The notes beneath the pieces were generated by a model. That model saw only the letters and a list, made by a program, of their open reading frames with translations, had not been told where the DNA came from and ran no database searches. This document shows, piece by piece, positions 49,701-58,663 of a stretch of 64,000 nucleotides of DNA (its first letter is position 1; each line of letters begins with the position of its first letter). The stretch lies in assembly GCF_021869535.1 (NCBI RefSeq), contig NW_026262582.1:34782001-34846000 (forward strand), written 5' to 3'. The position numbers were made by a program, and so were the translations under genes. Origin of the DNA: Mytilus californianus. Lineage: Eukaryota.

Positions 49701-51117
49701 AACGATGCATCGTTTCTTCTGTCCTGATAAAAAGTTGACTCCTGATAGAAACAAAAACCTGACATAAGATATCGTTTTATAATTTGCATTTTATTTCAAT
49801 TATACATTGATGATATAAAACAAATATTTTGAAATGATTATGAAGTAAAAGATTTTCAATCGTTAGTTTTGAAATCAAAACAGAAAATTAATGGGGTATG
49901 ATTGGAAAAGCAGGAAAACGCTTAAATCTAAAGTTACATTTAAACCAAATTTAAACAATTTGAGGGAAAATCGACCTCTGATAGTGTTGGATGGTCAGGT
50001 CTCGTCAGGCGAGACAAGACCACGATGTCAGTAAAATAATTTGGTTACAAAGTATCAAGGCTGTTTTCAGTATAACATTTTGATCGATATATTACAACGA
50101 AACCGTTATGAAAAGTTATCGTATGAATCTAACATGGTAGTTTTATCATCAAAAGTAAACTTTGAAAATGTAACAGTTTAAATGAGAACAGTGTTTTTTT
50201 TTTACCTGTTTAATTTATTTTTCTAATTTAAGCATCATACCTCATCATCTTCTAAATCGTCCTTAATTAAATATCCATCCTTCAGAACAAATGTTGGAAC
50301 CTTTGTTCTTATGTCGTTGTTCTGTACTAAATGAAGATGAACTTTAGATCTATCAATTTGAAATTCAAGATCGTAGCTTTCTGGATGATCTTTGGTGTCA
50401 ACTGTTCGGCGATGTCGACCATAAGAGGAAACTTCCACATCTATTTTTGCTATTAAAGTCAAATACGTTTACTAAGATATAATAATTACAATAATGAGAG
50501 CCGACATTCGATCAGTAATTATGCGACTCTCACAAAAAATCTTAAGAGAAAAAAACTCTTGAGTCATGAACATTTCTGTATAACTAACGATCATCTTTTA
50601 TCGTGATTAAGATTTTTTGCGAAAATAACCCCTGTTACATTTACCAAACAGATACAGGTCTAGATATGGTTTGTTGTTGGCTTTTAAATACGAACATCGA
50701 TGACATCGAATTGAATATTTGCTTACAATTTTCAAATGGAACTCGTAACTTTGTCGCGCAAATGGGACGGGATATAAGTTCTTACACGTACTATACAATG
50801 GGTTGGCATATAATTGCAATCAAGAAGCCATAATAACAGCGCAACTTTTTATCTTTTTACTAAATAATTAATTATTTACTTAATATTCTGTTTCTCAACT
50901 GCACTTAACAATGCATAAGAAAGAAATAGTCTGAACTGTATTAGAATAAATGTTTAATCAAAAACAATATGAAACCGTTCACCAGACTGTACTTGGCCAA
51001 TGTGACCTTAATATTTTATATCTATTTTACCTTTGTATTGAGTATTTTCATCAACATTATGTCTTAAAAAACCAGTCGTGTCAGCAATCCAAAAAAGGCA
51101 AAAAACTAAAGCAATCA
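28622..51117 (-). CDS. Spliced gene span (20 exons): membrane-anchored M12B/reprolysin (ADAM/ADAMTS-like) zinc metalloprotease, ~851 aa if the exon-1 indel is restored
   Basis: Exons joined by hand, all GT-AG and phase-compatible: 51117-51031, 50449-50241, 49741-49664, 47516-47384, 46259-46157, 45001-44908, 43706-43629, 42726-42572, 41803-41763, 41417-41312, 40842-40678, 40359-40215, 39882-39763, 37341-37290, 34100-34033, 32873-32754, 32151-32100, 30622-30095, 29135-29014, 28720-28622. Motifs: RRRR furin site, IELLMVCD, HDHAMLF, HELGHNLNSNHD, YVMA Met-turn, GQxYDxDxQC, TM helix. Confidence 0.9.
29014..29135 (-). CDS. Metalloprotease exon 19: transmembrane helix and basic stop-transfer segment
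   Basis: VLIAVGVGAVVLISVVLICIVVC-RKKLRR; atatatag acceptor, AAG|GTAAAC donor, phase 1->0. Confidence 0.88.
30095..30622 (-). CDS. Metalloprotease exon 18: PLAC-like six-Cys motif plus Thr/Ser/Pro mucin-like stalk
   Basis: ttgtatag acceptor, G|GTAAGA donor, phase 1->1; DNCLFGD...C...C...CCxxC then a ~130-aa Thr-rich tract (within supplied ORF 30063..30686). Confidence 0.88.
30955..31470 (+). mobile_element. Second Penelope-like RT fragment with its 3' tail
   Basis: APAYGV/(fs)QLIRYSRACISYHDFL...(fs)KLLNQ*FKM..LKSSLRTFYG; two frameshifts; continues into the AGCAGGATCTGCCTACCCTT tail. Confidence 0.75.
32100..32151 (-). CDS. Metalloprotease exon 17: WCVDGACTFDAKAPTGI
   Basis: ttttcaag acceptor, G|GTAAGT donor, 52 nt, paralogous to exon 14. 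Confidence 0.88.
32754..32873 (-). CDS. Metalloprotease exon 16: Cys-rich module 2 (ICGKLYCKDPSNPKSC...TQCGNKK)
   Basis: gttttag acceptor, AAG|GTAAAT donor, 120 nt, paralogous to exon 13. Confidence 0.88.
33600..33849 (-). mobile_element. HINE-like element
   Basis: Minus-strand TTTATGGCCCCGCCAC...GTGGTCGGGC start and (GGAATGAC)n microsatellite; 3' boundary approximate. Confidence 0.5.
34033..34100 (-). CDS. Metalloprotease exon 15: (A)GQMYDPDTQCRHIYGNSSELCR (Cys-rich module 2 start)
   Basis: tttaacag acceptor, AGG|GTAAGT donor, phase 1->0. Confidence 0.85.
34753..36424. repeat. 45-bp minisatellite, ~37 copies, in metalloprotease intron 14
   Basis: Unit GACAAAGACGCCAACAAAAATGTTTTAGTACTTGATAGTGAACTT. 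Confidence 0.95.
37290..37341 (-). CDS. Metalloprotease exon 14: WCVYGVCTHDANAPVSN
   Basis: ttgtatag acceptor, G|GTAAGT donor, phase 0->1. Confidence 0.85.
37615..37980. mobile_element. Palindromic dispersed repeat, copy B (inverted relative to A)
   Basis: Arms spanning 37813-37971; shares GGCGACACGCCCAC and AATCCGCTTCGCGGATT segments with copy A. Confidence 0.65.
39763..39882 (-). CDS. Metalloprotease exon 13: Cys-rich module 1 (ICNQMYCDDPTKPSNC...TSCGNKK)
   Basis: atttcag acceptor, AAG|GTATGA donor, phase 0->0. Confidence 0.88.
40215..40359 (-). CDS. Metalloprotease exon 12: NCMK...AGQAYDADAQCKHTHGKTSKLCK (Cys-rich module 1 start)
   Basis: tttttcag acceptor, AAG|GTAATA donor, phase 2->0. 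Confidence 0.9.
40678..40842 (-). CDS. Metalloprotease exon 11: LNSNHD...C...YVMAA...FSTCS (third zinc ligand, Met-turn)
   Basis: ctttctag acceptor, GTAAGT donor, phase 2->2. Confidence 0.92.
41312..41417 (-). CDS. Metalloprotease exon 10: GLAFLGGVC...HELGH (zinc motif, first half)
   Basis: tatatag acceptor, GTAGGC donor, phase 1->2; GLAxxGxxC and HExxH at 41328-41314. Confidence 0.92.
41763..41803 (-). CDS. Metalloprotease exon 9: (K)YDLITKNGSKNLA(G)
   Basis: atttcag acceptor, G|GTAAGT donor, phase 2->1. Confidence 0.85.
42572..42726 (-). CDS. Metalloprotease exon 8: TPRDAFWTE...LPLHDHAMLFS
   Basis: ttttgcag acceptor, phase 0->2; HDHAMLF matches the reprolysin (H/Y)DxAxLxT strand. Confidence 0.9.
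43629..43706 (-). CDS. Metalloprotease exon 7: MDAVYKNIQTSSYTISVLFASLIISK
   Basis: ttttgtag acceptor, AAG|GTGAGA donor, phase 0->0. Confidence 0.85.
44661..44705 (-). ncRNA. Decayed hammerhead motif, third family
   Basis: GCATCA-CTGGCGA-TAC/GTC-GAAA-TGCACA-TC-TGGTGC; helix I GCATCA/TGGTGC intact. Confidence 0.5.
44908..45001 (-). CDS. Metalloprotease exon 6: WFTQSTK...IRQFYAFIING
   Basis: cataag acceptor, GGG|GTATGT donor, phase 2->0. Confidence 0.85.
46157..46259 (-). CDS. Metalloprotease exon 5: furin site RRRR-ATG and start of catalytic domain (NYQIELLMVCDYTVY)
   Basis: atttcag acceptor, GTAAGT donor, phase 1->2. Confidence 0.9.
47161..47204 (+). ncRNA. Decayed type I minimal hammerhead ribozyme motif
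   Basis: GCGTCA-CTAATGA-GTC/GGC stem II-GAAAC-GCGC-AAC-TTGCGT; core G5 and cleavage triplet mutated. Confidence 0.55.
47384..47516 (-). CDS. Metalloprotease exon 4: FGSFIRNGEGYFLQ...PLLYDD
   Basis: ctttgcag acceptor, G|GTGAAA donor, phase 0->1; GSF...Y prodomain pattern. Confidence 0.85.
47887..47930 (-). ncRNA. Near-intact type I minimal hammerhead ribozyme motif
   Basis: GCGTTT-CTGATGA-AGGTAAATCCA-GAAG-AGCGCT-TC-GGACGC; helix I pairs, GAAA changed to GAAG. Confidence 0.6.
48515..49040. repeat. Dispersed repeat; homologous part at 34456-34750
   Basis: Shared TAACCTGGTTTTATAGCTAGCTAA.CCT...CACTTGTATGACAGT block. Confidence 0.6.
49052..49336 (+). mobile_element. Penelope-like retroelement RT fragment (C-terminal part)
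   Basis: IYPPELEIKETT...ASFLDLYL...IYDKRDDFNFKIINFPHLSSNIPTSPAYGIYISQLIR*..CSSYSDF; in-frame stop at 49271. Confidence 0.8.
49664..49741 (-). CDS. Metalloprotease exon 3: ESTFYQDRRNDASFALQFGHNHSLNM
   Basis: tttctatcag acceptor, phase 0->0; FYQD...AS prodomain pattern; the donor could lie 3 nt further (49661). Confidence 0.8.
50241..50449 (-). CDS. Metalloprotease exon 2: prodomain (KIDVEVSSYGRHRRTV...LHLVQNNDIRTKVPTF...)
   Basis: tttaatag acceptor, GAG|GTATGA donor, phase 1->0; reprolysin-propeptide-like RxRR and LxLxxN pattern. Confidence 0.85.
51031..51117 (-). CDS. Metalloprotease exon 1: signal peptide MIALVFCLFWIADTTG-FLRHNVDENTQYK (needs +1 nt)
   Basis: ATG plus hydrophobic stretch and a strong AAG|GTAAAA donor; 87 nt where 88 are needed for phase 1; T5 run at 51066-51070 is the likely indel site. 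Confidence 0.65.
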
Positions 51118-51239
51118 TTTTCTTTTCTGTACGTAACTATCAGGTTCACTTATAGAACATGAGATTTATACCGAAATTGGATCATGTGACGGATAAGGTT
51201 GGCCAATGATTAAAATGAAAGTTTCTGTTTAATACATAC

Positions 51240-51347
51240 CTTGAAAATATGACTTCCTAGTGATTATGAAAATTGGCATTGCCCATTCAATGTTTGAGAT
51301 TAAAGAAAGATGATTAAGACTAATAGTTTGATGAATACCAGTTGAAG
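51240..51347 (-). other. Candidate 5'-UTR exon of the metalloprotease gene
   Basis: taattcag acceptor and CAAG|GTATGT donor, 113 nt upstream of an acceptor (51127) just before the ATG; its ATGs are out of frame with the CDS. Confidence 0.3.
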
Positions 51348-52148
51348 CTGAATTATTTAAATACAAGTATTTACTTTTTCACACACATACTATCGATTTA
51401 GTGTTATTTAAATCAAATAAATTATTAATTTGACTTTTGAAACTTTATCAAAGTGGATAGTTTGATCTATATATATCGTAAAAGAAATATAAGTTTTATA
51501 AGCAAACAAAGAACCTCCGAAACAAATCTCTCAAAAAGAAGCATGTGACTACCATTCCCTCCAAAAGAACAATAAAAATAAATAATTAACGAAGGGAACT
51601 ATGTTATGTTTTCCGAAGTAAGAAAAATATTATTTTATCATTTCTCTTTAGATATATACGACATGCTGTTTCTCAAATCACTAGCTATAAGTTTTGCGTG
51701 GATACCAGAAAAACCGTTTTATCTTAGATTTTACCGTTTGCGATGAACACAGTTTTCTATGGGTATATTCGTAATGGATTTATGAGATTAAAACATCTGT
51801 TTACCGTGTTTACAACTGTTGCCTTAAATTTTGTTGTATGTGATACTAAACTTGAATAGTTTGGGGTAAATGTTTTACTAGTGAAGCTTCTAAAATGTGG
51901 TGTTGCAAAAACAAATTAATTAACATAGAAAATATTGTTAATTATAAGTCCGATAAATACATCAGGCAATGTTTTAAAATATATGAAAGAGTAACATGTC
52001 TTTCGGATTATTAATATTACTAAATATTTAGTTTCTCCCAAAAAGAACCGCAATTTTATATGTATATATATATAAACATAAAATATAATATATATATATA
52101 TATATATATACTAGTATATAGATAAAATTAATGCAACTGCGTAAAAAA

Positions 52149-52862
52149 TCTGTAACAATTCCATCTTCATGCCTTATATATCATGTACAGTGTAACGACG
52201 CTAGATAAAAACTGACGAGAAAAGGTAACACCTGGCCACCGAAAGCTTTATTATTATAGAGCCTAGGTAGTCAAGTGGTCTAGCGCGTCGGGCATAGTGC
52301 GAGGCGATTTGGTGCCACGATATCTCAGTAGCATGAGATCGAATCCCGGCCAGGGAAGAACAAAAAAATTTGCTTCCGCAAATTTACAGATCTAACATTG
52401 TTGGGCTGTTGTTTAGACAAATTATATTTACAGAATGTATGTTCAGCCATGTATCACCATCACTGCTAGTGATCCGATGGATTAAATCTGTTGTAGAGTC
52501 GTCACTGTTCAGACGTACTTATAATATAATTATTTCTGTGACTGCATCTTACATTAATTTGTAGTATCCTTCACAATAGATAATTCAGCTGATCTGTAAC
52601 TATTCCATCTTCATGCCTTATATATCATGTACTGTGTTACGACGCTAGATAAAAACTGACGAGGAAAGGTAACAACCGGCCACCGAAAGCCTTATTATAA
52701 TAGAGCCTAGGTGGTCGAGTGGTCTAGCGCGTCGGGCATATTGCAATGCGATTTGGTGCCACGATATCTCAGTAGCATGAGTTCAAATCCCGGCCAGGGA
52801 AGAACAAAAAAATTTGCTTCCGCAAATTTATAGATCTAACATTGTTGGGCTGTTGTTTAGAC
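52149..52862 (+). repeat. Two copies (444 bp apart) of a ~270-bp unit containing a tRNA-derived Pol III head
   Basis: 52149-52418 vs 52593-52862, colinear; box A GTGGTCGAGTGGT (52711), box B GAGTTCAAATCC (52779), hairpin AAATTTGC-ttcc-GCAAATTT. Confidence 0.75.
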
Positions 52863-53160
52863 GTATTATATATATATATATACAAGTCTAAATTGAAAAC
52901 AACGTTCAAAACTATGATTGCGTTGGATAAAAACCGCAATTATATATATATATATATATATAAACATAAAATATAAATGCTTATTTCGTATATTCATTTA
53001 TCATATCTTTTCTTATGTGTACCCTTATTTTATATTGCATGGTTTCGATTTCAACATAATTTGAGTATTATTTAGTGTTTTTGATGGCTGTCAACTAAAT
53101 TTGTTTTTCTTCAGTTTTTCCATTGTCATCCTTGAACAAAAATAACTCTTTAGAAATTTC

Positions 53161-53205
53161 GTGCGACCGAAGCACTTTTCTGGATTTACCTTCATCGAGA
53201 ACGCT
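53161..53205 (-). ncRNA. Decayed hammerhead motif, same family as 47887-47930
   Basis: GCGTTC-TCGATGA-AGGTAAATCCA-GAAA-AGTGCT-TC-GGTCGC. Confidence 0.5.
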
Positions 53206-55272
53206 TAACTCCCCCCCCCCCCCCCCCCAATTCCCAATTTTTTTTTTTTAGTGTTTCAAGATTTAGGTGAATGATTGCACTTCAAGTCAATTGCATTCTG
53301 TGTCGTTGTCGTAGAATCATTTGTTCTGTTTTGTTTTTTGTTTGTTTATGTCATTTGTTGAACATTATCAATCAGAACGTTTTAACACTTCTTAGATTAA
53401 ATGGTACATTGCGATGCGTCTTTCATTGAAACATTTCTTTAATTTTAGTTATACTTTAAACTGTTTTGCAAAATGTATTAACTTTTACGGTTGAGTACAT
53501 TATGACTAGATTTGAGTTCTAAATTTGACAATTTTTATCAAATAATGAAATGTTGCATGTACGGACCAGCACCATGTGTCCTTGTACATAAGACATTTGA
53601 CTACACTTCGGTAAACACATGAAACCAATAATCGGATAATATTTTGTTAACGAAGAGAGGCGAAAGATACCAAAAGGACATTCAAACTCAATCGAAAATA
53701 AACATACAACGCCATGGTTAAAAAAGAAAAAGACAAACAGACAAACAATAGAACACAAATTTATGACATACGTTTATCTTTATGACAATTTTTCTGATAA
53801 TTATATATTTTTTAGCAGCACGTATTTGGATAGACAAATTTCAAATCATACCAATCTGCGCAATCTGTAATCTGCTTTCATGATGATTTGTGGCTTATAA
53901 AACATATTATAATATCAGTGGTATACAATATATTCTTTACGAACTCTTCGAAGGCCTTTCACTACTTTTCCTCTAAAAATATCTGTTATCCATTTAGCAT
54001 GTCATAAAGCTTTCATGTGTTGGTTTAGTACGTGAAAAATTCGGTTAAACGTTTCTATATAATACAAAGTAGAGTTATATTCATATAGCATTATCATGTT
54101 CTCGTCCATAATATGCATTTGATTTGCCACTGGAAGTTAAACAGTCATCCATCTATCCATCAATGCATCATTTGTTGTTCTAAATAATCTGGGTCTGTTG
54201 GAAGACAAGTTATGTCTTTGAACATGTTGAATACACATGATATTTATTAAAAGTGACATTTGATATAAAAAAAAAAACGTTATAAATATTAGTTTAAAAG
54301 ACTAATCTTGTCCAGGAAAATTATTGTGAAACAAGGAAGACACTTTCGGTTTTTATTCCTGTTTGGATTTTTAGGATCTTTGTCGGAGCTATTAATAAAA
54401 TAACTGATCAACATCCATTGAACCAGTCATTTTGTCAGTTTAAAGAAAATGAAACTTGAAAAAGAGTTAAAATATGTTATTATCTTAAAAGATTTACATT
54501 TAAAGTTTCTAAACTTATTAGCTCTAACACAAATATTCTCTCACAGCATCAAAATTGTTCTGAGTTTAATTTATAATGATTTTTGTTTTAACTCTAAAAT
54601 ATTTAAGTTATACACACAACATTAAATTTCCGTACACACATTATCTGAATGAAAGTATTCGAATGTGCAAAAGTTATCTTATCCTTTACTCGTAGTTGAC
54701 AATGTCGAAAACTTATCTTGCACTTTTGAAGAATAAATCTTACTTATTTGGCAACATAAAGGAAAAACAACCAATTATGAATTCAGAATGATATAGTATA
54801 TTGTATGTGGGTCTTATTCCGTCAATTGATATGTTTTGTTAATATCGTATACATTGGAACATGCAAATAGTATAATCTTAATTTCATATTCATATTATTT
54901 ATTTGACACTATCAACCTTCCGTGTTTAAAAATTAATTGCTTATTATGAAATAGTTTATCTTTAATCCTTATGTTAACTTCCTTGTGCATGTTACTGCGA
55001 TAAAAGTGTTTGTAGTCTTTACCAATTTACAGCCTTTTAGTTTTTTTAACTATAAATGATATGTAACAACTCTCTAACTCTGTCATTGTCTTTTTAATGT
55101 TTGTGTATAATATATATTTGTTTTTTTCTTTTTCTACAGACAATCATTTAGCATGAAAGTTTAGTTATATGTTCAAAAATTGTAATATTTGTAATATTTG
55201 TTCTGTATGTTTTTTGTGAGGGAATCAAGGTAGATTAGTGAATGATAATTGATTCACCCTCTTTAAATAATG

Positions 55273-55276
<4 letters not shown>

Positions 55277-55305
<29 letters not shown>
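55277..55305. repeat. (ATT)n microsatellite
   Basis: About 10 perfect units. Confidence 0.9.
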
Positions 55306-55306
<1 letters not shown>

Positions 55307-55962
55307 AGCCTCAAGAAGATTTATATAATGCAATTAGAAGCAAACATTTCGCTTTATAATATACAAAGTAGAGAAATTTTTTTAGCATGAACGAGTTGCA
55401 TAATTTATTTTTTCTTCATTTATATCCACTTTCATATCATTTAATAACCACTTGGTCGATGCCACCTCTGGTTGTTGTTTCGTCCCCATGTTATCAACAG
55501 CCCAGCAGTCATGTTTAAGCTCTAAAGTATGTAAGACATACATTATTATCAAACTTGTGGTTTCCCTTTAAATAGGAAAAGTTTATCGAACATTAAAACG
55601 CAATGATATATTCTTAATGTATTGCAATAGGGAATCAAATCTTACAATGTCGAAAACTTAGCATGCAGGTACGAAGAATAAATCTTATTTATTTGACAAC
55701 ATGAGGATACATAACAGATTACAGCATTCAGAACAATATATTTTATCGCTATATAGGTCTCATTCCGTCAATTAATAGTTTTGATAGTAGTATATACATT
55801 TGAGCATGATAATATAATCTCGTCGCATTTATTATCTATTTCATATAATCTACCTTTCGTGTTCAATTATGTTTTATTTATTATGGATTTTTAATCTTTA
55901 ATCCATAAGTAAATATCCTTGAACATGATTAAGTGTCTGATGTACAATTAGTTCGTACGTAC

Positions 55963-56082
55963 GTACCAGTCTTTACTCTTAGACTAGCAGCAAATACCAA
56001 TTTTCAATCTTTGGTTTGAATTGGCCGGGGTTCGAACCCACGACTTCCCGCACTAGAAGCGAACACGCTACCACGAGACCAC
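55963..56082 (-). mobile_element. 3'-truncated tRNA-derived SINE head
   Basis: Minus strand: GTGGTAGCGTGTTCGCTTCTAGTGCGGGAAGTCGTGGGTTCGAACCCCGGCC then a non-tRNA body CAAACCAAAGATTGAAAATTGGTATTTGCTGC. Confidence 0.65.
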
Positions 56083-56171
56083 ACACGAGAGTAAGGTAAT
56101 TAACATGATTAGAAGGAATGGTTTGAGCAATTTTCAGAAGTAAAGTGTTTAATATTGGATTTTTATATTTT

Positions 56172-56830
56172 TTAGATCACCTAGCAAAAGGACCATGTGA
56201 GCTTTTGCCATCACTAGGCGTCCAACATCGACGTCCGTCGATCCGTCGTCGTAACAAAATTTAAATCTTATCCGAAATAACTGAGCCGTTGTTACCGAAC
56301 TTTTTCTGATCGTTTCTTAGGGAATCTTGCTTTAAAATTGTATTCTTGAATTTTGTTCAAAAATAGAAAAGAGAGGTAAACTGCATTTTTTTTTGGCTTG
56401 TATCTAACAAATCAAATCAGTTAGAGCAAAACTGACAAGCAGGTAAAGGTCTATGTCTTATGGAGTTTTCAGGAAAAGAACAGGACAGTCTGTTTTGGAT
56501 TTATGTCCCTGAAATGTCATTTTTTTTTAGATAACTTGACAATTTTTGGCTTGTATCTTTTCATCTTGAAAAATATGAATGATAGTTAGATATTTTAAAA
56601 ATAAAATAAAATACCAAGATTTATAAATAAGTCGGATCCGTAGGAATGGTCAATTAACCTCTTACAGGAGTTGTTGCCATTCGATATTGATTTTTACCCT
56701 TTTTGAAATTTTTTTTCTAGTATAGTGGATAAAGAGAATATTTCATAAGACAATTGTTTAACAAAATAAGATATAACATAAGTCAAATGGACCTTATCAT
56801 CATTTGACCCCTTACAGGAATAATTTCCCT
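56172..56830 (+). mobile_element. Degenerate HINE-like element
   Basis: TTTTAG.TCACCT...GTGAGCTTTTGCCATCAC start with (CGT/CGTC)n tract; boundaries approximate. Confidence 0.4.
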
Positions 56831-57424
56831 TGAAAGACGATTTTTACATAATTACGCATGTTTTGGCAGAAACTGTAATAGAAAGAGAGAAGTCGTGGAA
56901 GCAGAAATGATAGGCAAATTAAGATCTACAATAAAGCCAAGTCTTAATCGTCCATTTAACCATTATATAAGTTATTGCCCGTGAAAGATGATTTCTACCA
57001 ATTATCGCAAAAGCCATAATAGATCGAGTGGAACTGTGATTAGCAAAATAATGATAGAGACAAACTGAAAATATAAATATGTACAGCAAATTCTGAAATC
57101 TAAATATTAAATTCACCCTTTAAAGGAGTGATTGCTATTTAAAGATGACGTTAACCCATTTTGGTAATGTTGCGGATACTATATTAAATAGAGAGAAACA
57201 GTGGTATAAACTATAGAAGTAAAATTGATCAGCAAAACAAGATCTACAAAGTTTTCTCTAAATATGATTTACATAAATTATAAGCAAATATAACTGATCA
57301 TGATTGCAATAAAGATAAAAATAATAATATGAAAATGTCCTATTTATACCAGCCTCTTGTGTCTATAATTGATTACTTCCTACATTATTTCGAATGCATA
57401 GATACGTGATTTTCTGTCATAGAT

Positions 57425-57645
57425 GTGCTACATATGGAGCAGGATCAGCTTACCCTTCCGGAGCACCGGAAATTACCCGCAGTTTTTTGGTGGGGGTTCG
57501 TGTTGCTCAGTCTTTAGTTTTTTCTGATGTGGTTTGTGTACTGTTGTTTGTCTGTTGATTTTTGTTTTTGTTTTTTAGCCATGGTGTTGTCAGTTTATTT
57601 TGACTTATGAGTTTTGAATGTCCCTTTGGTATCTTTAGCGTCGTT
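57425..57645 (+). mobile_element. Isolated Penelope-associated 3'-tail repeat (GGAGCAGGATCAGCTTACCCTTCCGGAGCACC family)
   Basis: Related copies at ~42205-42320, 46685-46860, 13195-13340, 57724-57745 and, inverted, 53645-53760. Confidence 0.55.
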
Positions 57646-58315
57646 TTACTAAACGCTTTCAGTGATTAACAATTTGAAAAGGAGATATATAGTAATATAA
57701 CAAAATAGTTTTATGCAAAAAATGCAGGATCAGCTTACCCTTCCGTATATTTCTAAGTCTAAATATGTCTTATTCACACAACTTGATTACTATCATCGAT
57801 TATCAGTGAGATAAATTGCTGAACATGAAAATATTTTAAGTGACAATAGAAATACAGCACCAACTTGAAATTCGCATTTAATTTAAAGTTCATTTCAACA
57901 GCTATCTATAAATGTATAAATGTTCACCAGTAATTGTAAGATTTTGCAGACTTCTTACTATATACATATATGTACAGAACATTTTTGACAAATTTCAGAG
58001 CTATTTGTGTTTCCGATTCAAATATTCACAAACTCAATAATGATCATCAAAAACATAAAATTTGCACAAACAGATTGCAAATTGCAGTCATAATGAATCC
58101 AACAAATCAATTTTGATAACAAATAGTGAAGGTTAAACAATTAGCCTTTGTATTTAGTCCAGTGTAATATTATCTTTTTGGTCCCTATGATACATCACAG
58201 ATTTTACTTGGAAAAGAAAATATTAATGTCAACCCAACTTTTTGCGAAACATATACAGATATAGCAAAATATTTGAGAAAATATTAAGCAATACTGGAGA
58301 ACATGGAACCATTTG

Positions 58316-58433
58316 GAGGCCTGGTATATGATGTTTTGCGATTATATTTCCACTGAGTATATTATAGGTCTGAAATAATGTATGTATCAGAGGCCTGGTA
58401 TATGATGTTTTGCGATTATATTTCCACTGAGTA
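58316..58433. repeat. 74-bp-period duplication
   Basis: GAGGCCTGGTATATGATGTTTTGCGATTATATTTCCACTGAGTA at 58316 and 58390. Confidence 0.85.
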
Positions 58434-58663
58434 CGTTATTGTTTTGAAATTATATGTATCAAATCGTTAAATAATTGATATCACTTATATATTTATGTTG
58501 TCTGTCCTTTGAAGAATTTACGGCTTACTCTGGGTAGAACAAGACATTATTCACAGCACTTGAGATATGGTATAGATACTTGTTGCATTATAATTATCAT
58601 TTTTAATTTACTTGATGATTGCTTGCTGTATCATTGGTGTATAACCTTCTTTATACTAAACTC

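Noticed and set aside
50463-50507. MSALIIVIIIS in frame just upstream of protease exon 2
   Set aside because: Followed by TAG TAA; low-complexity ATT-rich intron; a better signal exon exists at 51031-51117.
52261-52800. Functional tRNA genes
   Set aside because: A and B boxes are present, but I could not fold a canonical anticodon arm and acceptor stem; non-tRNA 3' extension.
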